Shown here: positions 39,197 through 48,491 of the stretch, piece by piece
How the letters are laid out: the number at the start of each line of letters is the position of its first letter
Position numbering within the stretch: the first letter of the stretch is position 1
Source: Promethearchaeota archaeon Loki_b32
Lineage (GTDB): Archaea; Asgardarchaeota; Lokiarchaeia; Sigyniarchaeales; SOKP01
Assembly (NCBI GenBank): GCA_005223125.1
Contig: NJBH01000025.1
Span: 1-55,678, forward strand
DNA length: 55,678 nucleotides
Direction: 5' to 3'
Made by a program: the position numbers and the translations under genes
The notes under the pieces: generated by a model
The model's input: the letters and a program-made list of their open reading frames with translations, nothing else
Databases searched by the model: none
What the model was told of the DNA's origin: nothing

Positions 39197-40639
39197 ATGG
39201 AATTACATCCGAATTTCATAAGGGAAAATTTAGATCAAATTGGACGTAAGGAAGGATTGGCTCTTTTAAGGGAATGGATTGATAACTCAAGCAATCCAAT
39301 CTTACGCCAAGCAGCATTAAAGAATTTTAGTCTAATTGAGCAAGGTAAAAATTTTAAATTTTTCGAACAACTGTTTCTTTCGGATGAAGATCTCAATATG
39401 AGAATAATTGCGGGGGAAATATTGAAAGAGAAATATTCGAACAATAAGAAACTAATCATATTATTAGAATATACTTTAAAAAAAGTGGACAATGTTGAAC
39501 TAAAACTTTTCGCAGTAAAAACCTTAAATTCAATAAGTAACATGAGAGCACGAATAATTTTAATAGATTTTCTGAAGGATATAGTAAAAAAGGAATTTAA
39601 AGATAAAACTAATAAATTCCAAAAAGAAATAAGCACTCTTAATCATAAAAGCACTATCCCTGAGTCATTTCTAGAAGTCTGTATTAATTTAATTTTAAAT
39701 GAGTGTTATACAAATGAATGTGGATATCATGTGACTTTGAGAAAAGGGAAAATTATCTCATTAAATTGCGAGAGCTCGCAAATAAATTCAATTTCTGAAA
39801 TTATACAGTTAATTAGTTTAAATAATTTAGAACATCTTTATTTACAAAGGAATAACCTTAGGAAAATAGATGGATTTTATTTTCTAAAAAATTTGCGAAC
39901 ATTAGATTTATCTTATAATAAAATTGAGAAAAGTGAAAATTTAGAGTTTTTAATAAAAATAGAAGAATTAAATTTATCAAATAATAAAATTCAAAAAATT
40001 GAAGGGATAGAATCTTTAAAAAATCTGAGGAAGTTATTTATAAACAATAATTTCATAGGAGAAATCGAAAATCTAAGTGGTTTAGGTAATTTGGAAGTAT
40101 TAAATTTAAGTCATAATCAAATTTCTGAAATAAAAAATCTTGATAATTTAGTCAAATTAAATAGATTAAATCTCTCTTTTAATCAAATCGAGAAAATTAA
40201 GTCTTTGCAAACTTTAAAAAATCTAATGTGGTTATATCTTAACGACAATAGAATCTCCCAGATTGAAGGATTATTGCCTTTTGAAAATTTAAAGGGATTA
40301 TACCTTTCACATAATTTAATCGAAAGGATTGAATCTCTTGATAACTTAATAAATTTAAAAAAATTAGAACTCTCAAATAACAAAATCAGAAAATTCGAGG
40401 GGCTACAGAATCTATTAGAGTTGCAAGAATTGTATTTAGATAATAATAACTTAACAAAATTAGAAAATTTGGACAATTTACATAATTTAATCATGTTGCA
40501 TTTAGGGAGAAATAATATTTCAGAATTCAGAAAAGAAGATATTGAAAATTTACATAATTTAAATTTCATATTTTTAAATGAGAATCCTCTCGATCCACAA
40601 GGCTTTAAGGATTACCATAAAAGGTTAAAATTCCCATAA
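39197..40639 (+). CDS. HEAT-like N-terminus + SDS22-type leucine-rich-repeat protein
   Basis: About 12 repeats of 22 aa (LxxLxLxxNxIxxIExL). Confidence 0.9.
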   Translation: MELHPNFIRENLDQIGRKEGLALLREWIDNSSNPILRQAALKNFSLIEQGKNFKFFEQLFLSDEDLNMRIIAGEILKEKYSNNKKLIILLEYTLKKVDNVELKLFAVKTLNSISNMRARIILIDFLKDIVKKEFKDKTNKFQKEISTLNHKSTIPESFLEVCINLILNECYTNECGYHVTLRKGKIISLNCESSQINSISEIIQLISLNNLEHLYLQRNNLRKIDGFYFLKNLRTLDLSYNKIEKSENLEFLIKIEELNLSNNKIQKIEGIESLKNLRKLFINNNFIGEIENLSGLGNLEVLNLSHNQISEIKNLDNLVKLNRLNLSFNQIEKIKSLQTLKNLMWLYLNDNRISQIEGLLPFENLKGLYLSHNLIERIESLDNLINLKKLELSNNKIRKFEGLQNLLELQELYLDNNNLTKLENLDNLHNLIMLHLGRNNISEFRKEDIENLHNLNFIFLNENPLDPQGFKDYHKRLKFP

Positions 40640-40651
40640 ATAATATAATTC

Positions 40652-41230
40652 TCATTCTGTCTTTGGGTTTTTTTCATTAAGATAGTCATCAATCCACAGT
40701 TCCATCATTACTTCGTCAATGTAGTTTGATTCCATAAAGAATTGTTTTTTTCTGATACCTAACACTTTAAAACCTATTTTTTTGAAAAGATGGAGTGCTC
40801 TATCGTTAGTTGAAAAACTACTCAGGATAATTTTCTCTTTATTATTTAATTTTTTAGATTCTCGAATAGCAAAGTCAATTAGAGTTCTTCCAACAGATAA
40901 GTCTCTATATTTTTTCCTTACAATAATACCTAATGCTCCTACATGAGTTGCTGCGTCCCAATTGGTATTTGAGATTTCACATTGTCCAATTATATTATTT
41001 GGTGCCTTTAAAAGAGGATTTTCAGCTACGATACAGATTTCATTTTCTTTTTTAACATTGAGATACCATGTATCTTTTTCTAACTGAGTTTTTACAGGAA
41101 GAAATACGGGTAAATAAATTCCCTCCTCTATTACTTCATTGAAATTATGCCAAACACCTTCAGCATCTGATTTTGTTAAATGTCTTATAATTACTGTTTC
41201 TCCGTTTTTTAACTCTAGGACCTTTTTCAT
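40652..41230 (-). CDS. GNAT (RimJ/RimL-like) acetyltransferase
   Basis: LGIIVRKKYRDLSVG and NDRALHLFKKIGF. Confidence 0.85.
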   Translation of the reverse strand: MKKVLELKNGETVIIRHLTKSDAEGVWHNFNEVIEEGIYLPVFLPVKTQLEKDTWYLNVKKENEICIVAENPLLKAPNNIIGQCEISNTNWDAATHVGALGIIVRKKYRDLSVGRTLIDFAIRESKKLNNKEKIILSSFSTNDRALHLFKKIGFKVLGIRKKQFFMESNYIDEVMMELWIDDYLNEKNPKTE

Positions 41231-41275
41231 TATTTAAATATAAATTTTTATAATTAAATTCCTTATGGTAATATT

Positions 41276-41713
41276 ATGGAAAATAAAAATGATGAGTCTA
41301 TTGAAAAAGATAATGAAGATAAAGAGGAGACCTCAGAAAAGAAAAAGAAACCAGTTGCTAAGGATTTAGTTACACTGAAACATGTTGAAGTGAAAAAGCA
41401 AGAAATAAGCCCTGAAACAAGAAATCTCGCACAAACTTTAAAGGAAAGATACTTGGAGCATGATCAATTTGAACAGCTTTCAAATGATGAGATCACCATT
41501 CTTGAAACATTCATGGGTAAAAGATTATTTTTAGAACGAATCGCAATAATAGCCAATCAATCAAGAATGCCATTAGGGATTCCTGGATTTAAAAAAGCAG
41601 AATTAGAAAAAATTCTTGACGATTTAAATTCTAAGGGGTATATAGTGTCTGAATTGGTTGGGGACAAATATGTATATTTCCTAACTGAGAGAGGTAAATA
41701 TCGAGTCCAATAA
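41276..41713 (+). CDS. Hypothetical protein with a C-terminal winged helix
   Basis: LEKILDDLNSKGYI...YFLTERG. Confidence 0.65.
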   Translation: MENKNDESIEKDNEDKEETSEKKKKPVAKDLVTLKHVEVKKQEISPETRNLAQTLKERYLEHDQFEQLSNDEITILETFMGKRLFLERIAIIANQSRMPLGIPGFKKAELEKILDDLNSKGYIVSELVGDKYVYFLTERGKYRVQ

Positions 41714-41727
41714 TGTTAAATGATAAT

Positions 41728-42030
41728 TTAATCCTTTTTTAAAATTAGCTGATTTATCAGTATATCTTGAAATTCCCCACTTGGATAATCTCTTCTGATA
41801 GTTAACGGTAAGATTTTTGATTTTAACTCTAACTGGGCAATTTTTATTGGATCTATCATGTCTATTGGTTTGTCTACAAGAATTGGGGCTCCATAGCTTA
41901 TCTGTAAGGCTCTTGCGCCTACAATTCTGGCTTTTTCATATCTAGTTAGAAAAATTGGTCCAATTTTGACATACTTTCTTACCTTTTTATACTTCTTCCG
42001 TAATTCTCGAGATTCTAAGAAGCTAGACAT
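41728..42030 (-). CDS. rpoK: RNA polymerase subunit K (Rpo6)
   Basis: [22 protein letters not shown]...LPLTIRR. Confidence 0.96.
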   Translation of the reverse strand: MSSFLESRELRKKYKKVRKYVKIGPIFLTRYEKARIVGARALQISYGAPILVDKPIDMIDPIKIAQLELKSKILPLTIRRDYPSGEFQDILINQLILKKD

Positions 42031-42156
42031 AATCCAACTAAAAAAAAGAGTAATTTAAAATTTTTAAATGTAGGATTTCATATAACTTTTGTGTTTTTCG
42101 CCATTTTAAGACATATTTAAAGATTCTATATAAATAAAACATTGGAGGTTTAATAA

Positions 42157-42260
42157 TGCGCAGGAGGGGAATTGAACCCCTGATTTACACGGTGTGAGCG
42201 TTTGGCGTTTTGCATGCTATTAGCATAATAAATGTCGTCATACCACTAGACCACCCGCGC
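42157..42260 (-). tRNA. tRNA-Val(CAC) with a 32-nt intron at position 28/29 (42233-42202)
   Basis: Acceptor GCGCGGG/CCTGCGC-A, D arm GTC...GAC, T arm AGGGG-TTCAATT-CCCCT. Splicing restores ACACG-CT-CAC-AC-CGTGT; the mature length is 72 nt without CCA. Confidence 0.88.
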
Positions 42261-42450
42261 TTGCTTTAATTTATAATAAATGAGTAATAAGAATTAAATT
42301 TTACTTCCTCTTAGTAAAAACTTAATTATTAAATAATTAGTAAATCGATTTAAGAATTTTAGTGTTTTTTAAAGATCTTGTAAAGTCTGTTAGTTTAAAT
42401 AATTCAATTGCATGTTTTTATAAAATGGTCAAATATTCTAATATTTCCTG

Positions 42451-44796
42451 GTGATTTTTGTAACTGTGAATAAAGAATTTATATCTCACCCTCTAATTAA
42501 GCAAAATATAATCTCTCGACGGGAATACCAAGAGAATATTTTTATTAATTGCTTAAATAGAAACTGTTTAGTTGTCATTCCTACAGGTTTAGGGAAGACT
42601 ATTATAGCTCTAATGCTTGTCATACAAAGATTAACAGAAATTAAAAATTCTAAAGTAATAATATTAGCCCCTACTAAACCTTTAGTGGAACAGCATTATA
42701 AATCTTTCTTAGAATTGACTAAACTTCCTCAAGAATCACTTAAATCTCTTACAGGTACGATTGCTCCTGAAAAAAGAAAGGAATTATGGGCAGATTTAAG
42801 AGTTGCCTTCATGACACCTCAAGTACTTCAAAACGATCTTATTTCAAGGTTATACTCAATTAAGGATGTTTCATTAATAATTTTTGATGAATGTCATAGA
42901 GCCGTTGGAGATTATGCGTACTGCTTTATTGCTAAAAAGTATATAGATATCGCAAATAATTTACAAATTTTAGGTCTTACAGCAAGCCCAGGTTCGACTG
43001 AAGGTAAAATTAATGAGATTAAACAAAATTTATACATTGATCACATCGAAATTAGGACAGAAAAGGATTTAGATGTGAAACCCTATATCCATAAAGTGGA
43101 TAATGAATGGATAAAGCTTAAACTACCAAGCGAATTTTTAGAAATTAAAAGAATTTTAGAAGAGAAGTTAAGAAATAACTATAAAATATTAAAGGAAAAT
43201 GATTTGCTTGCTTCATATGATATACTTAAAATCACCAGAAAGGATTTATTAAAATTAAATAATTTAATTAATCGCCGGATTTCTACGGCTAGAGATGATA
43301 ACGAAAAATTCCAGATGTTTAATGCAAAAAAAATAGCGGCTAACGCTATTAGATTATCTCATATGACGGAATTAATAGAAACTCAAGGTATAAGTACTCT
43401 TAAAGACTATTTTAAAAAAAATGAAGAAAAGATTAAGAATAACACTGCAAATAAGTCTTTAAGAGAATTGTTTGCCGATAAAGATTTTAAACGAGTTCAA
43501 AAATTAACTTATGAATTACATTCTAAAGGATTAGTTCATCCAAAAATAGAAAAACTAAAAGAAATCTTAACAAAACAAATAATTGAAAATTTTAATTCGA
43601 GGATTCTTGTTTTTTGTCATTTTCGTGATTCTGTTAACAATATAGTGAATTATTTTAAAGAAAATGAAACAATAAAAATGCATAAATTTGTAGGACAAGC
43701 AACAAGGGGCTCAGATAAAGGCTTAACTCAAAAAGAACAAATTAATTTACTAAAGGAATTCAAGGAAGGAATTTATAATACCTTAGTTGGTACAAGTGTT
43801 GCAGAAGAAGGATTAGATATAGAAGAATGTGATTTAGTAGTTTTTTATGATGTTGTGCCCAGTGCTATACGTTCTATTCAACGTCGTGGTCGTACAGGAA
43901 GAAAGAAAGATGGAAAAGTTTTTGTTCTGATGGCAAAAGGTACTCGAGATGAAGGTTATTATTGGGCTGAAAAAACTAAGGAAAAAAATATGAAAGTCAG
44001 TTTAGAAAAAATAAAAAATTCTGAAACTCAATCGAAAGGAGAGCAATCAAATCTTTTGAATTTTATAAACTCTGAAGAAAATGATGGAGCTGATTCATTA
44101 GAACAAAACATATCAGAGCTAGGTTTAATTAAGAAGATTGAAGGTGCTGAAGAATATGAAATCATCTGTGATAATCGTGAAACTGCTTCTCCAGTTGTAA
44201 GAAATCTATCATTGATTGGAATGAACATAAAATTAGAGCAATTACCTGTCGCTGATTACATTGTTTCGGAAAGAGTAGGAATTGAAAGGAAATCTGCTAA
44301 AGATTTTAATGACTCTATCATTGATGGAAGATTATTTACCGAATTAAGTGAGCTTAGAGAACATTTTTTAAGGCCAATTCTCATTTTGGAGGGAAATCCA
44401 TTTAAAAGTTTAAATATTAGCGAAAACGCTCTTTATGGTGCAATAACTTCGATAATTGTTAACCTAGGTATCTCAATCTATAAAACAGAAAACTCAATCG
44501 AGACAGCTCAATTTATCTATCAACTAGCTAAAAAAGAGCATTCAACTAAAAAATCTTCCCTAAAGTTAAGATTTGATAAAGCGCCTATTGAAACTTCTCG
44601 CTTATTGGAATATATAGTTGCGGGAATTCCAGGTGTAAATACACTTCGAGCGAAAAGCCTATTGAAAGAATTAAAGACATTACAAAATGTTTTCTTATCA
44701 GATATTCCAGATTTGACAAAAATCGAGAATATTGGAAAAAAAATTGCTCAACAAATTTATAAAATTAGCCGATATAAATATAAAAACAGCCAATAA
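42451..44796 (+). CDS. hef: Hef (FANCM-like helicase + ERCC4/XPF nuclease + HhH)
   Basis: PTGLGKT, DECH, TASPG, QRRGRTGR and ERKSAKDF..SIIDGRL. Confidence 0.95.
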   Translation: MIFVTVNKEFISHPLIKQNIISRREYQENIFINCLNRNCLVVIPTGLGKTIIALMLVIQRLTEIKNSKVIILAPTKPLVEQHYKSFLELTKLPQESLKSLTGTIAPEKRKELWADLRVAFMTPQVLQNDLISRLYSIKDVSLIIFDECHRAVGDYAYCFIAKKYIDIANNLQILGLTASPGSTEGKINEIKQNLYIDHIEIRTEKDLDVKPYIHKVDNEWIKLKLPSEFLEIKRILEEKLRNNYKILKENDLLASYDILKITRKDLLKLNNLINRRISTARDDNEKFQMFNAKKIAANAIRLSHMTELIETQGISTLKDYFKKNEEKIKNNTANKSLRELFADKDFKRVQKLTYELHSKGLVHPKIEKLKEILTKQIIENFNSRILVFCHFRDSVNNIVNYFKENETIKMHKFVGQATRGSDKGLTQKEQINLLKEFKEGIYNTLVGTSVAEEGLDIEECDLVVFYDVVPSAIRSIQRRGRTGRKKDGKVFVLMAKGTRDEGYYWAEKTKEKNMKVSLEKIKNSETQSKGEQSNLLNFINSEENDGADSLEQNISELGLIKKIEGAEEYEIICDNRETASPVVRNLSLIGMNIKLEQLPVADYIVSERVGIERKSAKDFNDSIIDGRLFTELSELREHFLRPILILEGNPFKSLNISENALYGAITSIIVNLGISIYKTENSIETAQFIYQLAKKEHSTKKSSLKLRFDKAPIETSRLLEYIVAGIPGVNTLRAKSLLKELKTLQNVFLSDIPDLTKIENIGKKIAQQIYKISRYKYKNSQ

Positions 44797-44932
44797 ATTC
44801 TGGTTATATTGAAATCTCTATTTTATTTAAACAATAAAAAAGATTTTTAATAACTTCAATAATAATTTATAGTAATATTGACTTTTATTGAGTAAGGATA
44901 CAAGTTCAAAAAAAAGCTGAGCGAAGAAAGAT

Positions 44933-45517
44933 ATGATAAAATTTAAAGTGGTTGTTGCTGGTGCTAAAAATGTGGGAAAAACTAGTTTACTTCGGCGTTT
45001 TGCTACTGGTAAATTCGAAAAATCTACGTTATCTACAATTGGTGTTGATTTTGAAACGAAAAAAGTAGTCGTTGATGATACGGAGATACTTCTAAATATT
45101 TGGGATTTCGCAGGTGAGAAAAAGTTTCGACTTCTTTTTCCTTCTTATATTTCTGGCGCTTCTGGTGCTTTAATGTTATATGATATAACAAATAAAGAGT
45201 CTTTGAATGATCTTCTTGACTGGATAAATGTTATTTCTTCGGTTCCTAATCCACCTAAGACTAAAATATTAATCGAAGCAAAAATCGATTTAAAAAGAAA
45301 GGTGCAAAGAGAAGACGCTCAAAAATTATTTGAAAAAAATAAATTTAAAGGAGAAATATTAAGTACTTCTTCAAAAACTGGTGAAAATGTTGAAAAAGCT
45401 TTTGAAATGCTGGGAAGAGAAATTCTTAAAACTTCTTTAAAGAAATGTCCTAATTGTGAAAAGTTATATCCACTAGAATTAAAATTTTGCCAATATTGTG
45501 GTACCAAAACAAGTTAA
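44933..45517 (+). CDS. Rab-like small GTPase with a C-terminal zinc ribbon
   Basis: GAKNVGKT, TIGVDF, WDFAGE and TSSKTG; CPNC...CQYCG. Confidence 0.9.
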   Translation: MIKFKVVVAGAKNVGKTSLLRRFATGKFEKSTLSTIGVDFETKKVVVDDTEILLNIWDFAGEKKFRLLFPSYISGASGALMLYDITNKESLNDLLDWINVISSVPNPPKTKILIEAKIDLKRKVQREDAQKLFEKNKFKGEILSTSSKTGENVEKAFEMLGREILKTSLKKCPNCEKLYPLELKFCQYCGTKTS

Positions 45518-45693
45518 ATTTTAATCTTCCCTTTTATTTTCATCATTTTTTTAAAACTCATTCTGTTTGAAAACATAAAATTGAGATTTGTTGTTAAAAT
45601 TGATTTTATGAATCAGTTTTCTTTCTTAAAGTAAAATTTATTTATAACAATAAATAAGAGAAGATATATTATAACGTACCAAGGTTGTAAAAA

Positions 45694-46053
45694 TTGAACT
45701 ATAATATCAATCAAGATATTCAAGAGATAGTAAAAAGACTTAAAAACGAGAATATTTCTTTTGAAGACAAAAAAGTTTTAGTTACTGGGGGGGCTGGTTT
45801 TCTAGGTTCTTGGGTATGTGATGTTTTAATTGAACAAGGAGCCTATTGTATATGTTTAGATAATCTTTCCTCAGGACGCCCTGAAAATGTACTACATCTC
45901 ATGGAAAAGGACAATTTCCGCTTTATTAATCATGATATCTCTTACCCTATATATTTTGGAATGAGTTATCACCCGTTAGGAATTTGCATAGGTGACATTA
46001 AGAAAATTGATATTGTTATGCACATGGCTAGTAGAGCGTCCCCATTCGAATTT
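45694..46053 (+). pseudogene. NAD-dependent epimerase/dehydratase (UDP-glucuronate decarboxylase-like), 3'-truncated
   Basis: VTGGAGFLGS, LDNLSSG and HMASRASP; the YxxxK motif and C-terminal half are absent. Confidence 0.85.
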
Positions 46054-47255
46054 AAAGAAGAATTAATTAATCGCAAGAAGGAGATAAGTAATCTTCCATC
46101 ATTCTCATCTAACAGAGATTCTTGATTTTGATTTGAAACAGCGATTCCTTCTTTCAATAAAGCGTTTTTTATCACCTCTGAAAAATTTTGATTACTATCA
46201 ATCCGTAAAAGTATTAAAATATCACCTTCAGAATAATTTTTCTTCTGAATTAATGCTTTACAAATTTTAGCAATACCTTTTGCTTCGTAATTTTGATTTT
46301 TAAAACGATACAAATGAATCTCTCCATCTTCTGCATCTTCTTTTGGCTTTAATTCCTTTGGAACTCGATCCTTATCAAGATTTGCAACAAATTGAGAAAG
46401 TTTTATTATTTTTTTATCACATCTTTGACATATCTTTAAATCATACACATCTGCCGATGAAAAATTTTCTTCAAAGCTCCTTATTCCATCAGGATAAGCA
46501 AATCTAAAGCCATAAATACTTTGATCATCATCTCCTATTCCATAAATGTTTGATCCTTGATCTCTTAAAGCATAGATTAAAGCTAAATCACAACGATTTA
46601 AATCTTGAAACTCATCAATCAATACAAATTCAAAATCCCTTTCTAATTTAAAATCACCTATCTGCTCAATTGATTTCTTCACTTGATAAACAAGTTCAGA
46701 TCTCAAAATGTAAGTATATATTTTTCGATGTGATCCCCATGCTCCAAGAAAATTGGATGTAAATCGATCATCATCATTACTATCTTCATCTGCTTTTAAT
46801 GTATCCCAATCAGCTGACAATTTTCGGAAATAATCTCTAATCTTTTTCTTTTCACTTTTTAATATCACTTTTAATTCTTCAAAAACTAAATTATTTTCCT
46901 CCCAATCATCAACTACTCGTATTGGTGTGGGTAATTGATGATTAGCGATTAGTTCTTGATTTCGTATTAATTGTCTAAATGCAAATGAGTGTAAAGTTGA
47001 AACATAGAGCATTTTTTCTTCTCCTCTCAAAAATTCTTTTAAACGTTGAGAAAGTTCTGCAGCGGCGGCTCTAGTAAATGTTACAATTGGTATATCTTCT
47101 GGAGATATATTCTTTTCAGATATCATATAAGCAATCTTTCTTATAATAGTAAAAGTTTTTCCAGTTCCAGGACCAGCTATTAAAACAGAATGTCTATCTA
47201 AATCGCATGAGGCATATAACTTTTGTTCATCAGTTAGATTTTCGTCCCAACTCAT
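46050..47255 (-). pseudogene. UvrD/PcrA-like SF1 helicase, 3'-truncated
   Basis: AGPGTGKT, STLHSF, DEFQD and GDDDQSIYGFR; motifs V and VI are missing, and the ORF tail runs antisense into the epimerase. Confidence 0.85.
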
Positions 47256-47411
47256 TTTTCTAAACTCTTTAAGATTATCTTATCCCAATTATAAAAAAAT
47301 TAAAAACTCATTTTTGTCTTATTATCTTAAGTCTCTAATACTTTAAAGGAACTTATATTAAATAAATAAAACCTTTTATATAACAATATTAGCTGCTTAG
47401 TAGATGAATTA

Positions 47412-47999
47412 CTATTGAAAAAATTGAAAATAACCGAGTTTATACATTTTAAATAATATTTTTGCTTCATGAAAAACATCATCTACCGCTCTATGCGCCT
47501 CTTTGTAATTAATGTTTGGAAAAAAGAAATTCCATGCTTCTTCTACTTTTGGCCATTTATAATCTTCCAGATCTTCTTTCCAAAATGATTTAATTTTTAC
47601 ATGATTAGTAGCTGTTAACATGATACATGGTAATTCTTTTGGAATTTTAAAATTTCGAGTCTTTAAAAAGCTGAGGTCAAATAGTTTATTAAAAGCAGTA
47701 ACATGATACTTATTGAAAATTGCTTGTAACTCTTGAGCAACCTCATCAAATGTTGGAGCTTTTTCTACTTCTTCGAAGGTTAAATTTGAATTCTTAAAAA
47801 TCCAAGAATCTCGAAATCTTTCAGTAAATGAAGATTCTTTCACTAGTGAATTAAAAATAACTTTTATCAAGCCAGTCTCTAAATCTAATTCTACAATTCC
47901 AATTTCAACGATTAAATCGTATTCTGGATCTAATCCTGTTGTTTCAATATCAATAACAGCAATTTTTTTAGGTTTTATTGATTTTGTAAAATCTGTAAT
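47412..47999 (-). CDS. DEDDh (DnaQ-like) 3'-5' exonuclease, non-canonical start likely
   Basis: The upstream in-frame extension has IAVIDIETTGLD (ExoI); also AFNKLFD (ExoII) and HRAVDD (ExoIII). Confidence 0.85.
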   Translation of the reverse strand: MTDFTKSIKPKKIAVIDIETTGLDPEYDLIVEIGIVELDLETGLIKVIFNSLVKESSFTERFRDSWIFKNSNLTFEEVEKAPTFDEVAQELQAIFNKYHVTAFNKLFDLSFLKTRNFKIPKELPCIMLTATNHVKIKSFWKEDLEDYKWPKVEEAWNFFFPNINYKEAHRAVDDVFHEAKILFKMYKLGYFQFFQ

Positions 48000-48491
48000 A
48001 TCACGAAAAATTTAAAACATCCCAGTTAACAGGTATTTAATATTTTTGTACTCATTATTTTAAATATTCTCTATTTAAAATAATTTAGACATAGATTCAA
48101 TACGTTAAATAATAAAAATCTTGTAAGATATAATAGATATTTGGGTAATTAGAGCATATACAATTGATATCCAAATTTTTATTATTTATAAGCGTTTAAT
48201 ATCTCTTATATAAGAAAATGTAAATTAGAGAAATGATTTTATCAATATTTTATAAGCCAATTAAAGATGGGAGTCTTAAAAGAGAAAAAATAATTTAATA
48301 TTCAAAATATGAAACTTGAAGATACAAATTCTATTAAATAATCAATTGATTAAAAAATTTTCTTCTTTAAATTGGATTTACTCGAACTAAGAGGATTCCA
48401 GCACTAAATCATCAATTTATGTTAGTTTATGGTTAAGCTCCTTAATAAAGAATATCCTTCTTCTTCACGTTGGATCAATTTTAATTAAGAC

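Noticed and set aside
39235-40569. Antisense and alternative-frame short ORFs here and inside the hdr, lpdA, actin, hef and XPD genes
   Set aside because: They are shadows of well-supported genes and have no motifs.
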